DNA of 64,000 nucleotides from Rhynchopus sp. YZ270_cl-10 (lineage: Eukaryota), in assembly GCA_964035575.1 (NCBI GenBank), contig OZ037845.1, positions 248,001 to 312,000 of the forward strand, in the 5' to 3' direction. This document shows, piece after piece, positions 35,775 through 46,076 of this stretch. Position 1 is the stretch's first letter. Each line of letters starts with the position of its first letter. Both the position numbers and the translations under genes were made by a program. The notes beneath the pieces are model-generated. The model saw only the letters and a program-made list of their open reading frames with translations, ran no database searches and was not told where the DNA came from.

Positions 35775-35876
35775 TCCCGGGTACCAATCGGTCAGTGTTT
35801 CGTCACCGACATAAAAAATGAAAATGAGCACCGCTTTCAAACCGAAAAGGCTCAGGACGACTCAAGACACAACGAC

Positions 35877-36512
35877 TCAGGGTTGGAAGGCTGTGTAGAC
35901 GCCCTGCGCAGACGCGTAGTACTGTTTCACCTTGGGGAGGTTTGCAATCATAGCCCTGTGTGCAGCAAGGTTCCTGTAAGGTAGCACTGCTTCCGGCGTG
36001 ATTCCGCTGAAAAACCTCGTCCTCAGCACGTTAATGGATGTGAAGAGCGCCAGGTCCGCCACTGTCAGGGAGTCACCCACAGCGTACTTCTTCCCCGCAA
36101 GACGTGAGTCCAGGAAGGCAAGCCATTTCTCGATGTCGCCGCCCTTTGCCATGACTGACGCAGGGGTCATTCCCTTGGTTTTCTCCATGTACAGTTTTTG
36201 CAGGACGGAGAAGATCTCCCAGATATACTCGATCGTCTCGTCCACACGCAGTGCTGTGCGTGCATCTGTCGGGTACAGCTTCGCTAGCCTTGCAACGTAG
36301 CGCAGCTGTGCGTCACTCTGCGCCACCAGCTCCTCGTTCACGTACAAAAGCGGCAGCTGCTGTGGGGTTACCTTCGGCTTCAAACCCGCAACCCACCGAC
36401 CGTACTCCAATTGATTGTTTTCCAGCACCACACCACCCATGTGCGCTGTAAGACGGATTGACTCAGGCTTTCCAGGGAAGTCGAAGGACACTAGCCTCAG
36501 GGTGGGTGCCAT
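35877..36512 (-). CDS. GST: Glutathione S-transferase (sigma-like), copy 1, with Tyr->Ser at the catalytic position
   Basis: MAPTLRLVSFDFPGKPE..., QLPLL, QSDAQLRY, GDSLTVADL. Confidence 0.92.
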   Translation of the reverse strand: MAPTLRLVSFDFPGKPESIRLTAHMGGVVLENNQLEYGRWVAGLKPKVTPQQLPLLYVNEELVAQSDAQLRYVARLAKLYPTDARTALRVDETIEYIWEIFSVLQKLYMEKTKGMTPASVMAKGGDIEKWLAFLDSRLAGKKYAVGDSLTVADLALFTSINVLRTRFFSGITPEAVLPYRNLAAHRAMIANLPKVKQYYASAQGVYTAFQP

Positions 36513-37267
36513 GTTTGGTAAGAAGACGAATATACCTGTAAAAAGAGGTGAACATTGATAGAATATTCGTACTGTGGACACAAAGGTGGGGGCAGGAAAG
36601 GGATTCATTTTATGAGCAGCAAAGAAGGTGTGCGACAAACACACAAGGTGAAAATGAAGAAAGAAAGAAAGAAAGAAACAGAGCAAGTTGGCGAGGTAAG
36701 TTGTGTAGTACGGAACACAGAAAAAGAAAGTTGTGTTGCCAATGTGCAGGTATCTCGTGGACACAGACATGTGACAATACAAATAAAAATGCGGAGAATA
36801 AAAGCTCAAAAAACTCAATATCTCCAAGAGCAACAGTCCGCCCATATAAGCAAATGCATGGGTCATGCAATTGCAACATGAGTGGGTTAAGAGTAAGGGA
36901 ACAGAAACACACATCAGGGTCGGAGCACCACACGAAGGCAACACAAAGCCAAAGTGACAGAAATGTTGCGCAGTGTGGGCGGAGAGTGTGGATGGCAGAT
37001 ATGTTGGACATCCCTTCCCCTTCTTGTGTCTCGTGTCTCTCAAACTGAACAAACGAGAATCGAAAACGAATGAAGAACGAAACCCCCTCAGCCACCTTAA
37101 AAGAAGACGCGGAGATGAATATGCGTCTCGTTGTAGCAAAGCCGAGAGTGCAGATGAGTCAGGGATGCAGCACTGACTTACCACACCTCAGGAGTGGTGC
37201 GTTTGGTTGTTTCTCTCTTTTTTGATAAAATTGAAAACGCGAACGCCGTTATCAAACCAAAGACAAC

Positions 37268-37900
37268 TCAAGGCTGGAAGGCAGTACGCACGCCATTTGC
37301 AGACGCGTAGTACTGCCTCACCCTCGGGTGGTTTGCAATCACAGCTCTATGTGCCGCAAGGTTCCTGTAAGGCCGCAGCGAGTGTGCAGAGATCCCGCTG
37401 AAGTACCCTGACCTGAGTAGGTTCACGGATATGAAGAGCGCCAGGTCTGCCGAGGTCAGGGTGTTACCCACAGCGTACTTCTTCCCCGCAAGACGTGAGT
37501 CCAGGAAGGCAAGCCACTTCTCCATGTCGCCGCCCCTTGCCATGGCTGCAGCAGGGGTCACTCCAGTAGTGTTGTTGGCAAAAACTTTTTGCAGAGTGTT
37601 GAAGATCTCCCAGGCGTAGTCGGTAAGCTCGTCCACACGCAGTGCTGTGCGTGCGTCTCTGGGGTACAGATTTGCGAGCTTTGCAACGTAGCGCAGCTGT
37701 GCGTCACTCTGCGCTACCACCTGCCCGTTCACGTACAAAAGCGGCAGCTGCTGTGGGGCCACCTTCGCCTTCAATGCGCCCCATCGACCGTACCCAATTA
37801 TGTCGTCCTCAAGCGCAAGACCACCCACAAAAGCTGTCAGACGGATAATCTCAGGCTTTCCAGGGAAGTCGAAGTACACAAGCCTCAGGGTCGGTGCCAT
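37268..37900 (-). CDS. GST: Glutathione S-transferase (sigma-like), copy 2
   Basis: MAPTLRLVYFDFPGKPE..., QLPLL, QSDAQLRY, GNTLTSADL. Confidence 0.93.
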   Translation of the reverse strand: MAPTLRLVYFDFPGKPEIIRLTAFVGGLALEDDIIGYGRWGALKAKVAPQQLPLLYVNGQVVAQSDAQLRYVAKLANLYPRDARTALRVDELTDYAWEIFNTLQKVFANNTTGVTPAAAMARGGDMEKWLAFLDSRLAGKKYAVGNTLTSADLALFISVNLLRSGYFSGISAHSLRPYRNLAAHRAVIANHPRVRQYYASANGVRTAFQP

Positions 37901-38580
37901 GTTGTGCGTTGTGGGTTGTTTTGTTGTCAAAAATCTGTGTAGGTGTTGTTGGGGTTCCCAGAGGAAGAGGAGGTGGCGCGGTATTGAACAGGAATACTAA
38001 AAAGGGGATAGGGTGCGGTGAAGAGATTGCTTCTGCTACACAAAAAGAGAAACGTTTGTAACAGGTCACAAAAAGAAAAGTGAAGTTGATAGTGCCAACG
38101 CCTCTGGGACGCAGGAACTAAGAAAAGAAGAAGAAAATCAAAACAAAAAGAGAGTAAGCAGGCGAGGTAAGTAGCTGTCACATGCAGGCATCTGGACGCG
38201 GTGTGTGACAAGAAAAGAAAATGTGGAGGACAAAAGTTGGAAGCTGAAATGTCCCCCAAGAGCAACAGTCCGTTCGTATGTGCATGTATCATGCAATTGC
38301 AACATGAGCGGGATCAGAGTAGCGGAAAAGAAAGAAACACACGTCAGGGTCGGAGCACCACACAAAGGCAACACAAAGCCAAAGTGACAGAAAGGTTGCG
38401 CAGTGTGGGCGGAGAGTGTGGATGGCAGATATGTTGGACATCCCTTCCCCTTCTTGTGTCTTTCAACATCCGAACAAGAAAACAAGCAAAAAAAAAAAAA
38501 AATTCGGATCATGAAATGTGCTTCACAGGCACAGATCTAAAAAGTCAAAGCAAACGTAAACAACAAAGGCCACAATCAGT

Positions 38581-39225
38581 TCATGCCTTCAAACCAACAC
38601 GGAGGCCCTCCGCAGACGCGTAGTACTCCTTGATCTTCGGCTGGTTCGCAACCACAGCCTTGTGTGCAGCAAGGTTCTTGAACGGCGCCAGAAGGGTCGA
38701 CGGGATCGCTTCAAAGAACCCACACACAAGCGCGTGTGTCGACACGAAGACCACCAGGTCTGCCACTGTCAGGGAGTCACCCACAGCGTACTTCTTCCCC
38801 GCAAGACGCGAGTCCAGGAAGGAAAGCCACTTGTGGAAGTCCCCACCCTCAGCAGACGCAGTCACAAAGAACTCCTTCTTCTCCGCCTCGTCCTGGATCC
38901 CCATTCCCTTCCCCAGAACTGTGAAGAGCTCCCCTGCGTAGTCAATCGTCTCGTCCACACTCAGCGCCACACGTGCATCCTCGGGGTACAGACCCGCCAG
39001 CCTTGCAACGTAACGCAGGATTGCGTTGCCCTGCCCGACCGTCTCCCCGTCCACGTGCAGAAGCGGCAGCTGCTGTGGGGCCACCTTCTGCTTCATACCT
39101 CCACCCCACGTCGGGAAGTCAATGTGCTCATCTTCAAGCGCAAGGCCGCCAATGTGTGCGGCAAGACGGGTCGCCTCAGGCTTTCCGGGGAAGGCGAAGT
39201 AGACAAGCTTCAGGGTCGGTGCCAT
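38581..39225 (-). CDS. GST: Glutathione S-transferase (sigma-like), copy 3
   Basis: MAPTLKLVYFAFPGKPE..., QLPLLHVDG, QGNAILRY, GDSLTVADL. Confidence 0.93.
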   Translation of the reverse strand: MAPTLKLVYFAFPGKPEATRLAAHIGGLALEDEHIDFPTWGGGMKQKVAPQQLPLLHVDGETVGQGNAILRYVARLAGLYPEDARVALSVDETIDYAGELFTVLGKGMGIQDEAEKKEFFVTASAEGGDFHKWLSFLDSRLAGKKYAVGDSLTVADLVVFVSTHALVCGFFEAIPSTLLAPFKNLAAHKAVVANQPKIKEYYASAEGLRVGLKA

Positions 39226-39620
39226 TTTGTGGTTGTTTGTTGTGGTGTGTTATCAAAAAATAAATTCTGTGTGTGGTTTTGTTGAGGACGCTTTGCTGTG
39301 GCTTCTTTGCGCAGCAATACTAAAAATCCCACATCAAGACGAACACCGCAACGGGTTCCAAACCCCCACGACGAAAACACCACAAAACACACCCCCATAC
39401 GGTATAGGTCTACATTACTGATGGTACGCGAAGACAATGTGACAACACTGCCTCCACGCAACTTAAACTCCTTTGGCTGATGCCAAAACTGATCACCACC
39501 CCACCCCACAATATGGAGCAAAAAGTTAGACTCGAAAAATACAAAGCCCTCTCATGACGCACCTTTCCTGCACCGCGTCACCCCCAACCATGCAGTCCTA
39601 CATCCATTTTCTAAGCAAAC

Positions 39621-41189
39621 TCAATCAACCCCAATCGGGTCAGAGGGGACCGCTGCCATCGGGATCCTCGGTGCGGTGGGGTAGAACGGTTCTGCCGAGA
39701 GAAGCGACTCATCCTGGACCTGATCTATATCAAAGGTACGCTCTCTTGTTCCTTTGAATGGTCTACCTCCCCCTACTGCGGCACCACGCTTCTTCCGCAG
39801 TACCGGCGCCTTCCTGCGTTTCAACTGCTCAATCCGTTTGTCCCGCTCCTGCACCTGCCTTGCCGAGAGGTGCAGTTGCTTCCGCAACACTGTCACCTCC
39901 TGCATCAAGGATTTATACCCTACCGGCCGGTCTCCCTCTCGATCTGCACGGTACACCCCTCTTTCTGCTAGGGTAGTCGCATAGTTGCCGTCGCACCCTA
40001 ATTTGAAGGTCGCTTCACGTCGTTGCTGTTGTGTTTTGCGTGGAGGGGTGGGCATAGGGTATGCTTCTGTTAGATATGCGGCCCAGTGGTGCTTTCTGCG
40101 GAAGGGCTTGGCGCTGTTTTGTGTGCGTTGTTGTGCTGGGCGGATGCAGGAGGTGCCGTTCACCCTTGCTAAGGCCTCTATGCAGAGTTGGTTGAGTGGG
40201 GTGTCGTCTGTTGCCTCCTTTGCTGTGGCACCGCCACAGCCGCCGAGGATACGGAGGTCGGAGATAGGGACTAACGTGGAGGTCGCACCTCTGGAGAGAT
40301 CTGAAATGTCTAGAATGGTATCGTGGTCGAATTCGACGTTCACTGCAGTGCCGTTCTCGGGGACGTCAACGACACTGCCGACATCGCCTTCGGTGTACCC
40401 TTCGCCACTCACAACACATTTCACAACATCATCAATCAATATGCTCCTCAGCGGAGGAGCTAGGCTGGCCATCTGAACATTCGGTTTTGCTGTCACAGCG
40501 CGTTGATGTGAGGGTTTGCTCTGTCCTCCCCCCCCTCCTCCTGGCGCTGAGGTGATCAACCGGGTGGCAGCCTTAGGTGTCAACACCTTCAAGGCAGGAG
40601 GCAGCATCTGACACTTCTCTGGATAATACAACGAATATGTCGATAACGCAAGAATCGACCTCCCAGCTCGATCTGCAGGCACCTCGTTCGGCCCCCTCCC
40701 CGCACCGCCACGGCCTTTAAATCCATTCACCGAAAGAAGGCTATTAAAGGCACGCTTTCTCCGCAACAGAAGAAAGAATTGGGTGAAGGTGAGTCGAGAG
40801 AGGACCCCACCCCCTGCAGCCTGTTGGGCTTCGTTGAGAGGCGTGGCGAGGGCGTTGAGTGCTGTCCAATCGATGTCGATGTCGAAGAAGCAGCAAGCAT
40901 CCTTCAGGCTTTTGACACTGATACTCCCGGTCCCGTCGCTGTTTCCACCTACCTGAGTGAAGACGGAGCGGAGTGCGCTATGGTTCTTCTGTGCATGGTT
41001 GGCTGCGAGAAGCGCCTTCAAATTTGTGATGCTCAGCTCTGTGCTGTCCTTTCGGCAGATCTGCAAAAAATCGCATAAAGTGGACTCAAGAAGCTCGCAC
41101 CCTGCGGCCTTGGCAGCGGAACGCACATCGCGTGTCTCTAAATATCGCTTCACACCGCTTGCCACGTCCATGCTGTTGCTTGGCTTCAT
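39621..41189 (-). CDS. Hypothetical protein with a degenerate EF-hand-like N-terminal region and a C-terminal coiled coil
   Basis: 522-aa ORF on the coding strand. VFTQVGGNSDGTGSISVKSLKD resembles an EF-hand; EVTVLRKQL...IEQLK is heptad-like. Confidence 0.65.
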   Translation of the reverse strand: MKPSNSMDVASGVKRYLETRDVRSAAKAAGCELLESTLCDFLQICRKDSTELSITNLKALLAANHAQKNHSALRSVFTQVGGNSDGTGSISVKSLKDACCFFDIDIDWTALNALATPLNEAQQAAGGGVLSRLTFTQFFLLLRRKRAFNSLLSVNGFKGRGGAGRGPNEVPADRAGRSILALSTYSLYYPEKCQMLPPALKVLTPKAATRLITSAPGGGGGGQSKPSHQRAVTAKPNVQMASLAPPLRSILIDDVVKCVVSGEGYTEGDVGSVVDVPENGTAVNVEFDHDTILDISDLSRGATSTLVPISDLRILGGCGGATAKEATDDTPLNQLCIEALARVNGTSCIRPAQQRTQNSAKPFRRKHHWAAYLTEAYPMPTPPRKTQQQRREATFKLGCDGNYATTLAERGVYRADREGDRPVGYKSLMQEVTVLRKQLHLSARQVQERDKRIEQLKRRKAPVLRKKRGAAVGGGRPFKGTRERTFDIDQVQDESLLSAEPFYPTAPRIPMAAVPSDPIGVD

Positions 41190-41927
41190 ACTCCGTAAAG
41201 AAACACAGAAGAGGTTAAAAAATGCAGTTATAATTTGATCATTTGATGTAGTAGGGAGAGGCTGGTTTGAGTGAAGGCTGTGAAATGGGAGGATTTAAAA
41301 AAAAAACGAAAAATTTAAAATTTGATGTGCATGTGCAACCTCAAGGCGGATGCAGGGCACTGTGCTATCCCTACCAAGTTGTGCCAAATGCAGAGACTAT
41401 TGAACCATTGTATGTGGGATGGTTTCATAATGAAAAAAGAAAATGGGGCGAAATTGGCTCCATTCTGATAGCATTTTACCAGAAATGCAGGGAAATGAGT
41501 TTTTGATAGTGGCTTTGAGCGCACAAACAAAAGACCCGATATTTTTTGATAGTAAAAAATACACCAGAGTACGTAATACAGCCGGAGAGAGAGGAGAAAG
41601 GGGGTGGGATGTTTATGTTCATTTGCTATGTATTGACCAGCCCCAGTTTGAAGGGCATGTGTGTCGCAACGCCACCACGGACGTAGGGCAACACATACCA
41701 GAGAAGAAAAAAGAAAAATAAACTGTGTCTCTCCCACACCCCCCCTTATTACGGTCGTTTCGAAGAAATATGTGGTGGTTTTTATAGCGGAATGCCTTGA
41801 GGGACCACCGTCCCAGACAGTTTTGAGGTCTTGTCTAGGACAAGGTATTGTCTCGTGCACGATGGCTTGCGGCCTTCTGCGCGAGATGTTACCCGAGAGA
41901 TGTGGGATGTTTGAGCATCGGCGTGTC

Positions 41928-43317
41928 TCATCCCTGTTGTGTGATGTGTGTGATGTGGTGATGTGGTGTGTGAAGACGTGTCGTGGCATACCACTGCGGT
42001 CGGGTCGCTCTTCGCATTTGCCTTTGTCTCATCGGTGGTCTCAACTGTGGCTTCAGGTTCAGCCTTCGTCTCCTCGTCAACCTTTGTGTCCTCAGTAGCC
42101 TCCACCTTCTCCTCAGCCTTCGCTTCGGTGGCGGTGTCAACCTTCTCCTCAGTGGGTTCAGGCGTGGCTTCGGGTTCAGCCTTCGTCTCTTCAGTTGCAT
42201 CGGTCTTGATCTCGTCAACCTTTGCTTCCTCCACAGCCGCTGGCTCCTCAGCCTTCGCTTCGGTGGCGGTGTCAACCTTCTCCTCAGGCGTGGCTTCAGC
42301 TTCAGCCTTCGTCTCTTCAGTTGCATCGGTCTTGACTTCATCGACCTTTGCTTCCTCAGTGGCCTCCACCGCCTCTGGCACCGCTTCTGGCTCCTCAGCC
42401 TTCGCTTCGGTGGTGTCTTTCTCCTTAGTGGTCTCAGGCGTGGCTTCAGGCTCGGTGACCTCTGCAGCTGCCTCCACCTTCGCATCCTCGGTGCTCTCAG
42501 GCTTGGCTTCGGACTCCTCAACCTTCTCAGTTGCCTCAGTGGACTCAGCCGTGGCTTCAGGTTCAGCCTTCACCTCTGGCACCTCCTCCGTTGTCTCAGC
42601 TTCGGCTGGCGTCTCCTCAGCTGCCTCCACCTTGGGTTCTTCTGCCGCAGCTCCCTTCACTTCGGACTCTTCACTAGCCTCCACTTTGGCTTCCCCTTCC
42701 GATGCAGGCTCCACCTTCACTTCTTCGGTGTTCTCAAGCGTCACCTCTTCCTCTGTCTCCGCCACTGCCACCTTAGGCTCCTCCACCTCAACACCCTTCG
42801 GACACTCCCCCATGTAGGCCCAGCCCTTTACTGCCGTGGGGTGGGTGGGGAGGGGGCTGTCGTGGTGGTCGTATTGGTACCACATGAGGCCGTCGCGGTA
42901 GCCGAGCACGGTGGCGAGGCAGTGCTTCATGGGCCCGGCGGTGGCGATGATGCGCTGCCCGCTGGAGTACTTTGCGTTGCTTGGCTTGGGATCGCTGTAC
43001 TGCTTCGTGAGAAGGCGTGCACCGCGCTCTGCACCCTCCGTATCAGTTGTTGCCACGTCGATCCGAATGGTGCCGTACCGCTTCTGCCTCTCCGCCACAC
43101 GTGCCCGCAGCGCCTCCCGCTCCTCACCACTCAAAAACTTCCCGTGCAACTCCTTCTTCCAAAAGCTCTCCGCCAACCGCAGCTGGTAGTAGTCGTTCAC
43201 CTCCTGGTCAAACTGCGGGGTACCTTCCATAGGCGGCAAGTGCTCCTCTGGGATGGCAATACCCTGTGGACGGAAGCCTCTCCGCTGTGCACGGAGCAGT
43301 CCTCTTCTCAATGACAT
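41928..43317 (-). CDS. Probable mitochondrial protein with a long Glu/Ala/Thr/Lys low-complexity repeat tail
   Basis: Transit-peptide-like MSLRRGLLRAQRRGFR and (T/A)EEAKVDE..TDATEETKAE repeats. A 58-nt GTATGC...CAACAG intron (41934-41991) leaves a final exon coding G-stop. Confidence 0.75.
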
Positions 43318-43380
43318 ATTCTTTTTTTAGATTTTTGCTTCGAAAAGGATGGGGATGGAGTGGGTGGGGTGGGGTGGGCA

Positions 43381-43436
43381 CTGCTGAGAATAAGACTCGG
43401 GGACCTGGACCCAGGGACCCGACTTATTCTCAGCTG
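43381..43436. repeat. Mini inverted-repeat element GCTGAGAATAAG...CTTATTCTCAGC (second, longer copy at 56179-56273)
   Basis: Perfect 12-bp terminal inverted repeat with a GGGACC-rich interior; shared at two loci. Confidence 0.7.
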
Positions 43437-45560
43437 TGGGTAGGGGGGGAGAAGAGAAATTTCAGTGAGGAGGAGGAGGAGGAGGAGAGAGGTTTACCAT
43501 TTTCATCTCACAAAAAATGCGGACTCCAACTTCCCGGAAAAAAAAAAGGAAAAAAAAAAAAAAAAGAAGCTAGCAGGGGCGGTTTAAAACATTTTTTTGC
43601 CTTTTAATATGTACTGCAAAAGAAGAACACTGCTTCTCGGGTGTGGTCTCCTCCCCTGTTGTATTTTTAAGGAGAAAAAAAAATACTCAAGGAAGCAGAT
43701 GTCCCCTCCCAGGGGACTCCTTCTCCTCCTCCTCCCTTCCCATGCAATTCGAAACGGTTCCGCATATACGAAGTAATATCTGCGCCATTTGAGCACAAAA
43801 AAAAACTGTAGTTATTGATGCAGGCACCTCCGACTGACTCACATACGATGCCAGCCATCCGGATGAAAGCACCAACCCTGCGGCCTAAAAAATACAGAAT
43901 TTTTTTTTGAAACAAAAATACACATGGTCATCAATCTTATCATAACTTTATACCCACTCTTCAATACCGTTACGAACCAACCAGGAATACAGGGACGGGA
44001 GGGGGGAAAAGCAGTGCTTCAGGGGGGTAAGGAGAGGCTAGACCCCGCTACAGAAGCAGATAACAACAACAGATTTTTTTTTTTTTCACTCCATAAAAGT
44101 CCAGATGAGTTTTTTGCTTTTTGTAAACCTGGTTTCGTATGGGGTACACCCCCAAAAGGCTACCCCATAGCAGCCAGGATATGTTCCTTTTTTGGTGTGT
44201 AAAAAACCAAAAAAAAGGACATTCTTGCAAGATGAATGTGCCTTCACACAAAAATCTAAATGAAGAGGGCGGGTTGGTTGTGTGGTGTTTTTTTTTTTTT
44301 TTTTGGTGGGTTGTTTTGAGGGAATAATTAGTGAAGTTTGACGTAGGCAAATTTTCACAGAGGGGAGTTTCTTTGACAAAGCGAATTCTTCGTTATCTTG
44401 AAAAACATAAGAAAAAAAATTGACGTCAAATGAAAGAAAGAAAAAGACTCTCACTCAGGCGAAGAGATACTGTAAGGTTGCCATTTTATTTTTTTTTGTG
44501 TATTTTTTTATTCTTCTTTTCACGTTGAATACCACGACACTTCTCTTCCAATTTTTCATCTCAAATGACAAAAAAATGAGCTTTTTAAATTCTGCCCTTA
44601 TTCTTATAGTGAGGAACATCACGAATGAAGACATCTCACTACAAAAAATAATCTCTAAAACTGGAGGTGTATTTGGTAATTTTCTGGGGAAAAAATTAGG
44701 GAAAAAAAGAGGGGTACAACGAGCTTAACTCAGCAGGGGGGGTAAAAGCAGGTGCGTTTGAGAAGAGAAAAGACCGATTTGATCCACAGTTGGCCATCAA
44801 GGGCTTTGGTCGGGAACAGTGGCTTTATTTCGCAAGCGCGTTTTGCTAATACATTTGTGAATATTTCCGATTATTCTTGGGTTGCTGGTTTATCGTTGAG
44901 ACGATTCGATTCATATACTTTCAGTTCACGGAGTTGAAAGCATTTGAAAAAATGAGATGTTTTCATCCTCCTCTCTCTCGTAACCATTTAAAGAAAAAGC
45001 AGAAAAAAAACCATAAAGTACACTCCGTATTTTAGAGGGGAAAAAGAGAACAGAAGAAAAAAAAAACGAGCGTATTGTGGGTACACAAATTTGTGAACAA
45101 AAATAGAACAAAAAAAGAACACGATGCTTTGGTTTGACTCGGAAATATTGTTTTGTATTGAATGGCTTCCATCATAGTACCTATTCTGGGTTGAGGTCAC
45201 AGAGACAGTTTCTTGATGTATTGACAAAAAAAAAATAGAAATTGTTGACAGATGAATAGATGTACTTAGCATGAGGCAATGTAGACAATCTATTAAAGGA
45301 GTTCTTCCTTTTGACAACGAAGTACAAAAAAAAATGTTAGAAAAAAATTGACAATAAAATTCGAATTTATTCCAAATGCAACACAAAGACCCTGAGGTGG
45401 ATCAACGTTTTTTTGCATACTTTGTTCGAAAAATTATAACCAAAAAAAAAAGCGTTTTTCAAGGTTTTCAACAAATAAAGAAGGAATTCACCTTTTTCGA
45501 GGGAATCACGGCAAGACTGGCATTTATGTCAGCGCGCGTTTTTAGCAACTAAAAACGCGC

Positions 45561-45895
45561 TTATGCGCCTCAACCGCCTGCAGATGCACCAGATTGCACT
45601 GTGAAGAGAGAGAGAGAAAATGGTTTTATAATTTCTATCTAAAATACATACTCTGCCCCTTGCCGACCCCGTGGATGTTCGGTCCACCTCCACCTCCACC
45701 ACCACCTTTTCTCGACCGTTCGAGCACCTTATGATGGTCACCTAGACTTTGTCCAGGCACCATCGACATGAAGAAGAAGACAATGAAGTTGAACACTGCC
45801 ATCACAAATTCGTAGGCACGCACCTGGAAGGGCTTCGGGCCGATCTTTCCGCCACTCAGGTACATCGGGGCGGACCCCGCCGTTGGGCTGGACAT
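45561..45895 (-). CDS. SELENOK: Selenoprotein K (Sec encoded by in-frame UGA at 45572-45570); 2 exons
   Basis: MYLSGGKI..., single TM (VMAVFNFIVFFFMSMV), Gly-rich tail. Removing the 53-nt GTATGT...CACAG intron (45599-45651) gives ...GQMQSGASAGG-UGA-GA-TAA, matching the SelK GGUG(R/x) C-terminus. Confidence 0.88.
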
Positions 45896-46076
45896 GGTTG
45901 CTTGGTCGCCTATCTAGACGTCCTGTAGGTGGGTAGATGATTGTAGTGTGGAGAGAATGGAAAGGGAAATCATCGAGAGGGAAAAGGGGGGATTTGTTTT
46001 TCGTTCTTTTCTCTTGATTTTTGACCTCTGTTTTTTGACAAAGAGGGGGTTTTTGATATTCCGCTATAAAAAATAA

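Noticed and set aside
45486..45510. GTGA...AAAAA...TGAA stem as the SelK SECIS
   Set aside because: The stem is far shorter than the SECIS helix II and the core geometry does not fit.
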